Source of the DNA: Gammaproteobacteria bacterium
GTDB taxonomy: Bacteria; Pseudomonadota; Gammaproteobacteria; Eutrophobiales; Eutrophobiaceae
Reading direction: 5' to 3'
DNA: 64,000 nucleotides
NCBI GenBank assembly: GCA_965243205.1
Contig: CBDEUK010000002.1
Coordinates: 1,760,001-1,824,000 of the forward strand
Numbering within the stretch: the first letter of the stretch is position 1; every line of letters starts with the position of its first letter. The notes below the pieces were generated by a model. The model saw nothing but the letters and a program-made list of their open reading frames with translations, made no database searches and had not been told where the DNA came from. A program made the translations under genes and the position numbers. Of the stretch, positions 12,635 through 22,786 are shown in pieces.

Positions 12635-13551
12635 CGGTTAATATGATCTAATACTTTATCAACATGAATATCGGTTAAGTTTTTTGCTTTAATAGTAGAA
12701 AACTGACTGTTTTTAATAAAATGATGGATGTTTGTTTCGTGCCCTCCAAATAAGGTAAGTCCTTTAGCCCCAACAAATGCTGCTAAATGCGTCGGGCCTG
12801 TATCGTTGCCGATTACGAAAGATGCTTTTTTGCATACTTCTGCGGTTTCAAAAAAATCTAAACTTTTATCATCATTTTTAAGCAAGCATTTAAATTGAAA
12901 ACTTTTTGCTTCCTCTATTTCATCTGGCCCAGGAATCGAGACAGGAGTGATATTTTTAGACATCAAATCTTTTGCCAAAGCATCATAATATGGCCAGCGT
13001 TTATCCATATTTTTTTTCGAACAACCGTGAAATAAAATAGCGAAAGGGTTTTCAAGAATACCTTCTTCTTGTAACAGGTTTGTTATTTTTGCAGTCATCC
13101 ATGATAAATCAGGTTTAAGAGTGTTGTTTGATGGTATGTCGCAGTTACTTAATAATCGCTCCAACTGTGTTTGATTATTATAAAAATAAGGTTTTTTCTC
13201 AATCTGGGCGCTACATTGATAAGCCGTGCCACACCATTCAAGGTTTCTAAATAAAAATTGATAATATAAGTTTGTCCGAGAAGAACATTGTAAATCATAT
13301 ACTTTATCGATTTTTAACCTATTAATTTGTTTTTTTAGTTTAGTTAGTTCGTCTATTCGCCAAACAGGAAGTCTTTTCGTTACTATAACGTTATCTATCC
13401 ATGGACACTGTTCAGCAATAGCTTTATATGGAGGGGTGGTAAGAAGATGAATATTGCTTTTTGAATAATATGAACGGATGTCTTTTATTGCTCCCATTGC
13501 TGAAATGAAATCACCAAAAGCGCCTAGTTTTATTATTAAAATATTTTTCAT
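12622..13551 (-). CDS. glycosyltransferase family 9 (heptosyltransferase-like)
   Basis: ILIIKLGAFGD, KRWP, IGNDTGPTHLAA. Confidence 0.9.
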   Translation of the reverse strand: MKNILIIKLGAFGDFISAMGAIKDIRSYYSKSNIHLLTTPPYKAIAEQCPWIDNVIVTKRLPVWRIDELTKLKKQINRLKIDKVYDLQCSSRTNLYYQFLFRNLEWCGTAYQCSAQIEKKPYFYNNQTQLERLLSNCDIPSNNTLKPDLSWMTAKITNLLQEEGILENPFAILFHGCSKKNMDKRWPYYDALAKDLMSKNITPVSIPGPDEIEEAKSFQFKCLLKNDDKSLDFFETAEVCKKASFVIGNDTGPTHLAAFVGAKGLTLFGGHETNIHHFIKNSQFSTIKAKNLTDIHVDKVLDHINRYFL

Positions 13552-14609
13552 AAATCTATTTTTGGTTTAGATAAATTATTTTTAGTGAAATATCGCAAAC
13601 GCAATAATGTTTTATTGAATAAATAATTTAATGCAGAAAACCAGTCTTTTCTGTTGGCTAATCTACGAGAATATAGAATAGTATTTTTAGTGTTTGGCTT
13701 TTTATTTGTTTTTGTTTCGATAATGTTATTTAAAATTACAAACAAATTATACTCTTGGACTAACTTGTTTTTTGCTTCTTTTAAAGCTGTATGTCGTTTT
13801 CCATATTCGTTGTTGTTAATAGCGTCTTGTATAATCTGTAAAGATTTATGAGGTTGATAAATATCAATCCGTATAAAACTGTCTTTAGGAAAATAGTCTT
13901 CTAAGTTGGGGCAGCCATAATAAAATGGTAAAGATAGCCCAAGCAGTGGATCGGCTAGCTTTTCAGTCCAATGATGTAATCCAAAATGGTTTTCGATAGC
14001 GATATGATATTTATAATCATCAAGAGCATTCGCTTTATCATCTAACGGTTTTTCTCCACGGCCGTACACGTCTATGTCATTAATGTTTTCTCTGAGCAAT
14101 TGTAAAAACTTAAGTCGTTGGTGATGAATAGTATGAAGTTGTTTTTTATTTGACCAGACTACGGAAAGATTTTTTGTTTTAGGAATAACATCACTTACGA
14201 TATTGTTATAAGATTTAATGGTTTGGTTGCCAACTCCATAAAACCAAAATAATGAAGGTTGTGTGTAATGCCGGTTTTTATGAGGTAATGCGTATTTTGG
14301 TTGACTGGTTAGCACATGCCCAAATTGTTTTGTGTAGTTATTGCCATAATACTTGATAGAAGAAGGCTCTTGAGTAATTAAAATAGTATTGTTTGGATGG
14401 CAGCGAAGCTCTTCTTGGCTTAAGGTGATTCTGGTGCCTGTGGGTCTCGGCATGTCTTCATAAACAACTAACCAATCGTATTCAGACTCATCTTTATCAA
14501 AAATAAACAAACAGTTTTTAAATGACGGGTCATTATTTGGAAGTTGGTGTAACCAAACGGCTTCTTTTTCTGTTGATAAGAATTTTACACGTATAGGCTG
14601 TTTGTTCAT
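13548..14609 (-). CDS. glycosyltransferase family 10 (fucosyltransferase-like)
   Basis: YKYHIAIEN...WTEKL...PFYYG resembles the alpha-1,3-FucT motif. Confidence 0.75.
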   Translation of the reverse strand: MNKQPIRVKFLSTEKEAVWLHQLPNNDPSFKNCLFIFDKDESEYDWLVVYEDMPRPTGTRITLSQEELRCHPNNTILITQEPSSIKYYGNNYTKQFGHVLTSQPKYALPHKNRHYTQPSLFWFYGVGNQTIKSYNNIVSDVIPKTKNLSVVWSNKKQLHTIHHQRLKFLQLLRENINDIDVYGRGEKPLDDKANALDDYKYHIAIENHFGLHHWTEKLADPLLGLSLPFYYGCPNLEDYFPKDSFIRIDIYQPHKSLQIIQDAINNNEYGKRHTALKEAKNKLVQEYNLFVILNNIIETKTNKKPNTKNTILYSRRLANRKDWFSALNYLFNKTLLRLRYFTKNNLSKPKIDL

Positions 14610-14650
14610 TTTGTTATAATGATGGTTTCTTTTTTTGGTTAATAAACGGT

Positions 14651-15577
14651 ATGCAAATTAAAACGGTAACAATTACAACTGGCGAAATAGGCATGAGGCA
14701 TCAAGCTTTAGGTCTAGCGCGTTGTTTATCTAATGATTATCAAGAGTATATTGTAAAGCCTCCAAAACATCTAAGTCGACTGCCTTCGACTTGGATACCA
14801 AAACGCTTTTTAACTTTACCTGATATTAATAGTGCAAACGTTCTTATAAGTTGTGGTCGTCGCAGCGTAGCATACTCATTGGCACTAAAACAAAAAAATC
14901 CAAATTTATTTACCGTACATATTCAAAACCCTCAAGTATCTTTCAAATATTTTGATATGGTAGTGCCTATGGAACATGATGCTTGTAATGGTGAAAACGT
15001 TTTATCTGTTAAAACAGCATTACATCATTTGCAAAAAGAGGGTTTAGAGTTTGCCGCAGGCCCATTTACAGAAAAACTAAAAAATTTACCAGAGCGTAAA
15101 ATCACCTTCATTTTAGGAGGAAATACCAAAGATTACGAATTTACGCAAAGCAAACTTAATGAAGTTCTTGAAGCTATTAGTGTTGTAAAACAACAAGGAT
15201 ATGGGGTTTTGCTTTCCGTTGCGAGAAGAACACCTATTCATATTGTCGAGCAACTAAAACAATATGAAGATGAGCGTTCTTGGTTTTATTTAGGTAAAGG
15301 AGAAAACCCTTATCTGTGTTTTCTTGGTCAGGCTGACGGCTTTATTGCTACTTCAGACTCCGTCTCAATGGTTTCAGAAATGTTATTTACGGGGAAGCCT
15401 GTTTATTTAATGGATTTAGAGGGCTTTAATAAACGTTTAATGCGATTTAAACAGACATTAATTGAATTAAACATGGTTAGAGAGTGGCACGGACAATTCG
15501 AAACATATACTTACCAAGCGCCGGACGCAAAACAAAAAGTGGCCGAGGCGATAAAACAAAGACTGCTTAATAATTAA
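14651..15577 (+). CDS. ELM1/GtrOC1-family putative glycosyltransferase
   Basis: GMRHQALGLA, ISCGRR, HIQNP, NPYLCFL, TSDSVSMVSE..TGKPVY. Confidence 0.85.
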   Translation: MQIKTVTITTGEIGMRHQALGLARCLSNDYQEYIVKPPKHLSRLPSTWIPKRFLTLPDINSANVLISCGRRSVAYSLALKQKNPNLFTVHIQNPQVSFKYFDMVVPMEHDACNGENVLSVKTALHHLQKEGLEFAAGPFTEKLKNLPERKITFILGGNTKDYEFTQSKLNEVLEAISVVKQQGYGVLLSVARRTPIHIVEQLKQYEDERSWFYLGKGENPYLCFLGQADGFIATSDSVSMVSEMLFTGKPVYLMDLEGFNKRLMRFKQTLIELNMVREWHGQFETYTYQAPDAKQKVAEAIKQRLLNN

Positions 15578-16220
15578 TAGGGTTCTCGGGAAAAGCTAGT
15601 TGTTCTCTAGCACGCCATTCATTAGTAACAAAGTTAATCACCAGAGATTTTCTAATACCTTTGATCGTGCGTTTTTCAAAACCATGCCAAGTGTTATTTG
15701 ATGGAATAAAGACCATCGCGGTATTTCTGGCAAATGGTACGGTTCCTGAGTGAGTATCTTTATCGGCATAGTAGTCTGTGCCTAACGATGTATGTTCAGG
15801 ATCATCAGAAAGGTAAAGTAACATGGTAAATACCTTTACCCCGATGTCTGTATGAGGCCCGAGCCAAAAGTCATCCGTGTCTTGTGCGTATTCAATTCTT
15901 AAATAAGAATTTTCCAAGTTAGTTTGGAAGGTGTTTTCAAGCAATGAGATAATTTCTTGTGACTGAAACGCTTCACAGATGGCTTTACAAGCAGAAAATT
16001 CTTTTTGACTCGATTGATCAAAATATCTGCGACTGGAATTGTTTATTTCTCTTGTACCAGAAACACCTTTTAAATCAGGAGCCTCCCAAGGAATATTGCA
16101 TATTTCATCAACGACTGCTTCAGGAAGTAAGTCTTTCAGAACCCAAAAAGGATACGGTTTTTCTAGGGTTTGATCAGGGTTGTTAATACTTGAGATAAGA
16201 GTTTTGGAAACGGTATTCAT
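15567..16220 (-). CDS. 2OG-Fe(II) oxygenase
   Basis: HxD (PHTD)...WHG...RKS facial triad and 2OG-binding Arg. Confidence 0.8.
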   Translation of the reverse strand: MNTVSKTLISSINNPDQTLEKPYPFWVLKDLLPEAVVDEICNIPWEAPDLKGVSGTREINNSSRRYFDQSSQKEFSACKAICEAFQSQEIISLLENTFQTNLENSYLRIEYAQDTDDFWLGPHTDIGVKVFTMLLYLSDDPEHTSLGTDYYADKDTHSGTVPFARNTAMVFIPSNNTWHGFEKRTIKGIRKSLVINFVTNEWRAREQLAFPENPINY

Positions 16221-16255
16221 TAATTATTTTTTGTCGCAAAAAGTAATAATGCAGC

Positions 16256-17377
16256 TTAACGAATTTCACTAGCAGTAGACAAGTACAGTTGTAACGTTTT
16301 CTCTAACATTTTAGCAGAAGTAAATAATTCATTGGGTTTTATCGAGTAAGGTTTCGAGAGAATTTCTTGAGTCTTAACGATAGCATCATCGACATTATTC
16401 GCTTTACATAAACCTTGTGGAAATAATTCACTTAATACTTCGTGAGCACCACCATGATCATAAGCAACAACAGGTTTGCCCATTGTCAGAGCCTCAGGAG
16501 ATGTGCGGCCAAATGGTTCAGGTTTTTTAGATAGAGAATAAACTAGGTCAGAAATCGAGAGGATTTGTTTGATATCTGGCCTTGAGCCGACAAAAGAAAC
16601 ATAGTTTTGCAACGATAGTTGCTGAGATTTATTTTGCAGTTCATTAAAAAAATGTTGTTTATTGGTATCAAAACCACCAACAATTAATGCATGAAAATCC
16701 ATCCCAGACGTTTTTAAACCATGTACGATATCTAAGAAATCCTCTTGACCTTTCCATCGAGTAATTCGCCCAGGTAAAGTCAATAATATTTTGTCTTTGG
16801 TCTGAGGAAATTCTTTGTGCCACGCTTCTAACCAAGCTTCATTGGCAGAGTAGTTGGCTGGGAAATCCTCAGAGCTGATGCCACGATGAATAATCGTGAT
16901 TTTATTGTGGTCAATACCCGAATAATTATCATGAATATATGATTCAATAAATTGAGAAATCGCAATGATCTTATCCGCTTTTAGCATGATCTTACTATAA
17001 GGACTGACGGAATAAGCACCGTGAATGGTGCTTATTAATTTTGGTCGTTTTGATTTTTCGATCCCACGCATCGCAATATAGTTTACCCAGGCAGGAAACC
17101 GTGAGCGAATGTGTACGATATTGACATCATTCTTAAGAATGATGTCGCGCAAAGCTTTAAAATGGCGAAATGTGAATAAGGATTTTTTTCCTATGGGTAA
17201 AGTAAAATGGGTGCTGCCTTCTTGTTCTAATTGTTTAACCATGCGACCGCCACCAGAAACGACAAGTGAGCGATGGTCGTTTTCAACTAAATATTTCCCT
17301 ACTTCTAACGTGCCACGCTCTACCCCACCCAATTCTAAATGGGGCAGTAGCTGTAATACGGTAAGCTTAGATTTCAC
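16256..17377 (-). CDS. glycosyltransferase family 4
   Basis: GGVERGT, HIRSRFPAW, PGRITRWKGQ, PEPFGRT..EAL. Confidence 0.9.
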   Translation of the reverse strand: MKSKLTVLQLLPHLELGGVERGTLEVGKYLVENDHRSLVVSGGGRMVKQLEQEGSTHFTLPIGKKSLFTFRHFKALRDIILKNDVNIVHIRSRFPAWVNYIAMRGIEKSKRPKLISTIHGAYSVSPYSKIMLKADKIIAISQFIESYIHDNYSGIDHNKITIIHRGISSEDFPANYSANEAWLEAWHKEFPQTKDKILLTLPGRITRWKGQEDFLDIVHGLKTSGMDFHALIVGGFDTNKQHFFNELQNKSQQLSLQNYVSFVGSRPDIKQILSISDLVYSLSKKPEPFGRTSPEALTMGKPVVAYDHGGAHEVLSELFPQGLCKANNVDDAIVKTQEILSKPYSIKPNELFTSAKMLEKTLQLYLSTASEIR

Positions 17378-17399
17378 TCGTTAAGAAGTAGAAATAGGG

Positions 17400-17576
17400 T
17401 TATTTAATTAACGTGTACTCAGTTCCACAGTAAGGACACTTTACAGAACCAGTTTCTTCAATTGGAAGATAAATGCGAGGGTGAGAGTTCCATAGCGTCA
17501 TTCCCGGCATCGGACATTGTAAAGGTAGTTGATCTGCTTTTATCGTGTAATGAGATTTTTGATTCGCGGTTTCCAT
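17400..17576 (-). CDS. zinc-finger (zf-CHCC) small protein
   Basis: Manual translation METANQKSHYTIKADQLPLQCPMPGMTLWNSHPRIYLPIEETGSVKCPYCGTEYTLIK (58 aa); usual neighbour of ilvE. Confidence 0.9.
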   Translation of the reverse strand: METANQKSHYTIKADQLPLQCPMPGMTLWNSHPRIYLPIEETGSVKCPYCGTEYTLIK

Positions 17577-17589
17577 AGATAGTTAGATA

Positions 17590-18510
17590 TTATATATAAT
17601 TTAACCACTCAGAATATTGAGAATGCTTACCTTTAACCAAATCAAAGTATGTCGATTGTAACTTTTCAGTTATTGGACCTTTAGTGCCTGAACCTATGGT
17701 GCGACCATCGAGTTCTCGAATCGGTGTAACCTCAGCAGCTGTACCAGTAAAAAAAGCTTCGTCAGCAGAATAAACTTCATCTCGAGTGATGCGTTTTTCC
17801 ACCACTTCATAACCAAAATCTGCTGCTAGTTGCATGATAGTTTCTCGGGTTATTCCTTCTAGAGCAGAGGTTAGGTCTGGAGTGTAGATAATACCTTTGC
17901 GTACAATAAAAATATTTTCGCCGCTGCCTTCAGCAACATAGCCTTCAACATCGAGTAACAATGCTTCATCGAACCCTAACTCTAAGGCTTCTTGTAAAGC
18001 CAACATAGAGTTCATGTAATTGCCATTTGCTTTAGCTTTACACATAGTGACATTGACGTGATGACGAGAATACGAAGAGGTTTTAATACGAATACCTTTT
18101 TCAAGTCCATCCGCTCCTAGATACGAGCCCCAATGCCAGGCTGCGATCATAACGTGTACTTTTAAATTATCAGCGCGCAAGCCCATGCCTTCGGAGCCAT
18201 AGAAACACATAGGGCGAATATAAGCCGATTTTAGATTGTTCTGTTTAACACTGTCTTTCGTTGCAGCATTGATTGTTTCAACATCATAAGGGATGTCCAT
18301 GCGCAGAATATGGGCAGAACGAAATAAACGTTCGGTATGCTCTTGCAAGCGGAAAATAGCGGTGCCGTTTTGTGCTTCATAGGCGCGTACACCTTCAAAT
18401 ACTCCCATACCATAATGAAGGGTGTGAGTTAAAACATGGGTCTTTGCTTCGCGCCAAGGGACAAACTCTCCGTCTAGCCAGATAACGCCGTCAATATCGG
18501 CCATACTCAT
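17590..18510 (-). CDS. ilvE: branched-chain amino acid aminotransferase
   Basis: LHYGMGVFEGVR, EGSGENIF, GITR, FTGTAAEVTP. Confidence 0.97.
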   Translation of the reverse strand: MSMADIDGVIWLDGEFVPWREAKTHVLTHTLHYGMGVFEGVRAYEAQNGTAIFRLQEHTERLFRSAHILRMDIPYDVETINAATKDSVKQNNLKSAYIRPMCFYGSEGMGLRADNLKVHVMIAAWHWGSYLGADGLEKGIRIKTSSYSRHHVNVTMCKAKANGNYMNSMLALQEALELGFDEALLLDVEGYVAEGSGENIFIVRKGIIYTPDLTSALEGITRETIMQLAADFGYEVVEKRITRDEVYSADEAFFTGTAAEVTPIRELDGRTIGSGTKGPITEKLQSTYFDLVKGKHSQYSEWLNYI

Positions 18511-18607
18511 ATAAAAACTACTCCAGTAAAATTATTATTTTAAGTAAAAGAGATATTGCACTAGATCATGTTTGACAGTCAAACATGGCAGAATCGCAAA
18601 AGGGTAT

Positions 18608-18940
18608 TTATTGAGATTGAAAACGATTTCGAATGCAGTCTAAAACACCGGCTAATTGATCATTTTCGACCGAATAATAAACGGTGCGGCCACGTCTTTC
18701 ACTGACCAATAAACCTTTGCTTTCCATCAAACGTAGATGGCCACTGGTAGCAGGTTGGGATAAGGCACAAATTTGTGCAATAGCATCGACGGTATATTCA
18801 CCCTCTAAAAGAATTTCGATAATGCGCAGGCGGTGAGGATGAGCCATACATTTCAAGCTCTCTGCTGCAGATTTTAAATAATCAAAGGGCAACAGTTCCT
18901 TCGAACGAGAAGTCGTTTTTTTTGCTAATGAATTTGACAC
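18608..18940 (-). CDS. ArsR/SmtB family transcriptional regulator
   Basis: LKCMAHPHRLRII...SQPATSGHL...RGRTVYY winged HTH. Confidence 0.9.
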   Translation of the reverse strand: MSNSLAKKTTSRSKELLPFDYLKSAAESLKCMAHPHRLRIIEILLEGEYTVDAIAQICALSQPATSGHLRLMESKGLLVSERRGRTVYYSVENDQLAGVLDCIRNRFQSQ

Positions 18941-18978
18941 AGTAGCTCCAAATTTCGCTATATATTATATCCTAACTC

Positions 18979-19004
18979 AATATATAAAAGAATCAAGATA
19001 TATT
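18979..19004. promoter_or_regulatory. putative ArsR-family operator
   Basis: Inverted repeat AATATAT-N12-ATATATT about 40 bp upstream of the regulator start. Confidence 0.4.
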
Positions 19005-19054
19005 CATTTTATTATGTGTCGCTGGAAGCGATTAAGGGTTTTATTTAAATCCGT

Positions 19055-19807
19055 TTATTCGTCTTGTTGGTTTGTGTTGAGTTCGGCTTTTTCATTGATT
19101 GTAAAAAAGTTTTCGCCCATCCATAACCCGAGCTCAAATAGCAGCCATACAGGAATAGCTAATAAAGTTTGAGAAATGATGTCAGGCGGTGTCAGTAACA
19201 TGCCAACGACAAAGGCTGTGATAATGATATATGGGCGTTTTTGGCGTAAAGATTCAGCGTTGGTAATGCCAGTTCGTAACAAGATGATGGTTAATATTGG
19301 TACTTCAAATGCTAGCCCGAACCCAAAAAACAGCTTCAGAATAAAGTTCAAGTAATGACTTATGTCAGTCATTACCGTCACGCCTTCTGGCGCAGCTGCG
19401 GTTAAAAAAGCGAACAATAGAGGAAATACAACAAAAAAGCTGAAAGCGATACCAAGATAAAAAAGAACAATGCTGGATATTAATAAGGGGATAGCCAAAC
19501 TTTTTTCTTGTTCGTATAAGCCAGGAGCGATAAAGCGCCAAACTTCATACAGTATGTATGGCATTACTAAAAACAGAGCGACAAATAATGTTAGTTTGAA
19601 TGGCGCTAAAAATGGTGCCGCAACTTCAGTAGCAATCATGCTGCTATTTGCTGGCAGTTGCTCAATTAGAGGTGATGCAATGAGCTGATATATTTGGTTA
19701 GAGAAAGCAGCTAATAAAACAAAAACCAATAAAGTTGCTGATACAGAACGGATCAAACAAGAACGGAGTTCAATTAAATGCGAGACTAATGTCTGTTCCT
19801 TAGTCAT
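19055..19807 (-). CDS. tatC: twin-arginine translocase TatC
   Basis: HLIELR, FIAPGLY, FGLAFEVP, LTPPDIISQ. Confidence 0.97.
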   Translation of the reverse strand: MTKEQTLVSHLIELRSCLIRSVSATLLVFVLLAAFSNQIYQLIASPLIEQLPANSSMIATEVAAPFLAPFKLTLFVALFLVMPYILYEVWRFIAPGLYEQEKSLAIPLLISSIVLFYLGIAFSFFVVFPLLFAFLTAAAPEGVTVMTDISHYLNFILKLFFGFGLAFEVPILTIILLRTGITNAESLRQKRPYIIITAFVVGMLLTPPDIISQTLLAIPVWLLFELGLWMGENFFTINEKAELNTNQQDE

Positions 19808-20087
19808 GATGCTTTTCTTGCTGTAATTCAGACTCTTCTTTTTCCAATACTTTATCAGGAGCGTTTTCCATTAAATCATCAAGGTCAGCAATTTTTTGTT
19901 TAAAGCTCTCTTGTTCGTGTAGTAGTAACTGTTGATTGATTTCGCGGCGAGTTTGCTGAATGAAACGGCGAATTTTGTTGATCCAGATGCCTGCTTCACG
20001 GATAAATCCAGGAAATTTTTCAGGGCCAATGACGAATAGTGACACAATGGCGATCAGTAAGAGTTCCCAGAAACCGATATCAAACAT
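19800..20087 (-). CDS. tatB: twin-arginine translocase TatB
   Basis: MFDIGFWELLLIAIVSLFVIGPEKFP. Confidence 0.95.
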   Translation of the reverse strand: MFDIGFWELLLIAIVSLFVIGPEKFPGFIREAGIWINKIRRFIQQTRREINQQLLLHEQESFKQKIADLDDLMENAPDKVLEKEESELQQEKHHD

Positions 20088-20119
20088 GACGGTAATAGAG
20101 TGTGATTAGATCAAGAAAA

Positions 20120-20332
20120 CTATTTATTTATATTGTCCGTATTCTTTTCAGCAGCAGAAGAGGACTCAGAAGAATTATCCTCTAATGATTCATTTTTATC
20201 TTTCATCGCATCTTTAAAACCTTTCACCGCACCACCAAGATCACCACCAATATTGCGTAATTTTTTGGTGCCAAATAATAAGGCAACAATGGCTAAGATA
20301 ATGATTAGTTCCCAGATTCCTGGCATACCCAT
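20120..20332 (-). CDS. tatA: twin-arginine translocase TatA
   Basis: [23 protein letters not shown]. Confidence 0.96.
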   Translation of the reverse strand: MGMPGIWELIIILAIVALLFGTKKLRNIGGDLGGAVKGFKDAMKDKNESLEDNSSESSSAAEKNTDNINK

Positions 20333-20359
20333 TTCTATACTCCTAATCTAGTGTAAATA

Positions 20360-20680
20360 TTATTGTTGGCGACTGGCTTTTTCATCGTGGCCAGAAACAC
20401 CAAACCGAGACTCGAGCTCTTTTAATATTAATTCAGGTTCAACTCCTTGATCAGCTAGCATCACAAGGCAATGAAACCATAAGTCAGCTGTTTCATGAAT
20501 GATATCGTCTTTATTCCCACTTTTCGCTGCAAGAATCGTTTCCGTCGCTTCTTCGCCGATCTTTTTTAATATGGAGTCCAAGCCTTTAGCGTAAAGTGTA
20601 GCAACATACGAGCTGTCTGGATCAGCGTTTTTACGCTGTTTGAGAACTTGATTGAGTTTTTCTAAAACAGTGTCTGTCAT
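20360..20680 (-). CDS. hisE: phosphoribosyl-ATP pyrophosphatase
   Basis: [24 protein letters not shown]. Confidence 0.96.
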   Translation of the reverse strand: MTDTVLEKLNQVLKQRKNADPDSSYVATLYAKGLDSILKKIGEEATETILAAKSGNKDDIIHETADLWFHCLVMLADQGVEPELILKELESRFGVSGHDEKASRQQ

Positions 20681-21084
20681 GAGTCAGGGTCTTTTTGATA
20701 AATTTGCTTCGGATCTTTAATAACGTCACTAGCGGTCACCCACTGATCTTTCTCAAACTTTTGAAAAAAGCAGCCTTTCCTCCCAGTATGGCATGCAATT
20801 CCGCCGACTTGTTCTACTTTCAGCAAAACAGCATCTGCATCACAATCCAGATAAATCGCTTTTAAAAGTTGAACATGGCCGGACTCTTCTCCTTTACGCC
20901 AAATTTTATTGCGAGAACGAGACCAATAGACCGCTCGTTGTTCCTCTATAGTAAGCGATAGGGCTTCTTGGTTCATCCATGCAAGAGTCAGTACCTCGCC
21001 ATCTAGATGATCTTGGGCAATAGCAGCAATCAGGCCGTTGCTATCCCATTTTACTTGGGCAAGCCAATCCGGCTGAATAGTCAT
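20677..21084 (-). CDS. hisI: phosphoribosyl-AMP cyclohydrolase
   Basis: [28 protein letters not shown]. Confidence 0.97.
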   Translation of the reverse strand: MTIQPDWLAQVKWDSNGLIAAIAQDHLDGEVLTLAWMNQEALSLTIEEQRAVYWSRSRNKIWRKGEESGHVQLLKAIYLDCDADAVLLKVEQVGGIACHTGRKGCFFQKFEKDQWVTASDVIKDPKQIYQKDPDS

Positions 21085-21854
21085 AGTCGTGTTTCGATGC
21101 CTTGCTGATCCAATAATTGTTTTGCCTCAGCAATAGTGTGATCGCCAAAATGAAAAATACTGGCAGCTAATACGGCATCGGCTTTGCCTTGGCTTACGCC
21201 ATCAGCAAGATGACTTAATTCGCCAACACCACCTGAAGCGATAACAGGAATCGAAACGGCTTCGCTTACTGCTCGTGTTAACTCTATATCAAAACCTTCA
21301 CGGGTTCCGTCACGATCCATACTGGTAAGAAGAATCTCTCCTGCTCCACGTTCACACATTTCTTTTGCCCATTCGATAGCGTCGATACCAGTATCATTGC
21401 GCCCACCGTGAGTGAAGATATTCCATTTTGGATTTTTTGGATCATCATTAACGCGCTTGGCATCAATGGCAACTACGATGCATTGAGCGCCAAGTTTTTC
21501 GGATGCAAGGTTAATAAAATCAGGGTTTTTTACCGCAGCAGTATTGATGCTTACTTTATCGGCCCCAGCGTTGAGCATTTTGCGGATGTCATCCAAGGTT
21601 CGTATACCACCGCCGACAGTTAAAGGAATGAAGACTTGGCTAGCAACTTCTTCAACAACATGAACCATAGTTTCACGATCGTCACTACTTGCGGTGATAT
21701 CCAGAAAAGTAATTTCATCAGCACCTTGCTCATCATAGCGCTTAGCAACTTCTACTGGGTCTCCAGCATCACGAATATCAACAAATTTTACGCCTTTAAC
21801 AACACGTCCAGCGTCGACATCAAGGCAAGGAATAACACGTTTTGCGAGGCCCAT
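21081..21854 (-). CDS. hisF: imidazole glycerol phosphate synthase subunit HisF
   Basis: [31 protein letters not shown]. Confidence 0.98.
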   Translation of the reverse strand: MGLAKRVIPCLDVDAGRVVKGVKFVDIRDAGDPVEVAKRYDEQGADEITFLDITASSDDRETMVHVVEEVASQVFIPLTVGGGIRTLDDIRKMLNAGADKVSINTAAVKNPDFINLASEKLGAQCIVVAIDAKRVNDDPKNPKWNIFTHGGRNDTGIDAIEWAKEMCERGAGEILLTSMDRDGTREGFDIELTRAVSEAVSIPVIASGGVGELSHLADGVSQGKADAVLAASIFHFGDHTIAEAKQLLDQQGIETRL

Positions 21855-21877
21855 GCTAATTTGAATAGATCGGTTCT

Positions 21878-22618
21878 TTAAATTGGACAGATTTCATCAG
21901 CCAGTTTTTGAGCTTCTTCGAAATTTAAAGTCCCTTCATAAATTGCTCGTCCAGTAATTGCGCCTTCAATACCTTCTTCAGCAACTTTGCATAGTTCGCG
22001 GATGTCATCGAGGTTTTTAATGCCACCAGAAGCAATGACGGGAATGGTAATGCTTTGTGATAATTCTAACGTTGCTTCAACGTTGACGTTGTTTAGCATG
22101 CCATCACGACCGATATCGGTAAAGATAATCGCCGCAACGCCATCATCTTCAAAACGCTTTGCCATATCAACCGCATCATGATGAGATAATTTTGACCAGC
22201 CATTAGTAGCTAGCTTACCGTCTTTGGCATCCAAGCCTACGATGATGTGGCCAGGAAACTCTAGACAAATATCAGAAACAAAATGTGGCGTGGTTACGGC
22301 TTTGGTGCCGATGATTACGTAGTTAACACCTGCATCTAAATAGGTTTGGATTGTATCTTCATCACGTATGCCACCACCGACTTGAATCGGTATATCTGGA
22401 AAAGCGTCGACAATGTCGTGAATAATGTCAGCATTTTCAGGCCGTCCAACAGTAGCACCATTAAGGTCGACTAAGTGTAAACGTCTAGCACCTGCTTCGA
22501 TCCAGCGACCAGCCACTTCAATAGGATCTTCAGCATAAATGGTTTCATCATCCATTTTGCCTTGGCGTAAACGAACACATTTGCCATCTTTTATATCGAT
22601 TGCAGGGATTACTAACAT
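21878..22618 (-). CDS. hisA: ProFAR isomerase HisA
   Basis: [41 protein letters not shown]. Confidence 0.98.
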   Translation of the reverse strand: MLVIPAIDIKDGKCVRLRQGKMDDETIYAEDPIEVAGRWIEAGARRLHLVDLNGATVGRPENADIIHDIVDAFPDIPIQVGGGIRDEDTIQTYLDAGVNYVIIGTKAVTTPHFVSDICLEFPGHIIVGLDAKDGKLATNGWSKLSHHDAVDMAKRFEDDGVAAIIFTDIGRDGMLNNVNVEATLELSQSITIPVIASGGIKNLDDIRELCKVAEEGIEGAITGRAIYEGTLNFEEAQKLADEICPI

Positions 22619-22786
22619 AGGAATTTCATAACTTAAGGTGGGTGGATATTAAAATGTTTTTACGAACGATTTATTCTTTTTGGTTAAATAAATTATTGTT
22701 GATATAAGTTTATCTTAGCATAGATATTATAATTCTCTAGCAGACTGTCAAAAATATGACCAAATACTCGGTTTCTAAGTGCTGAA

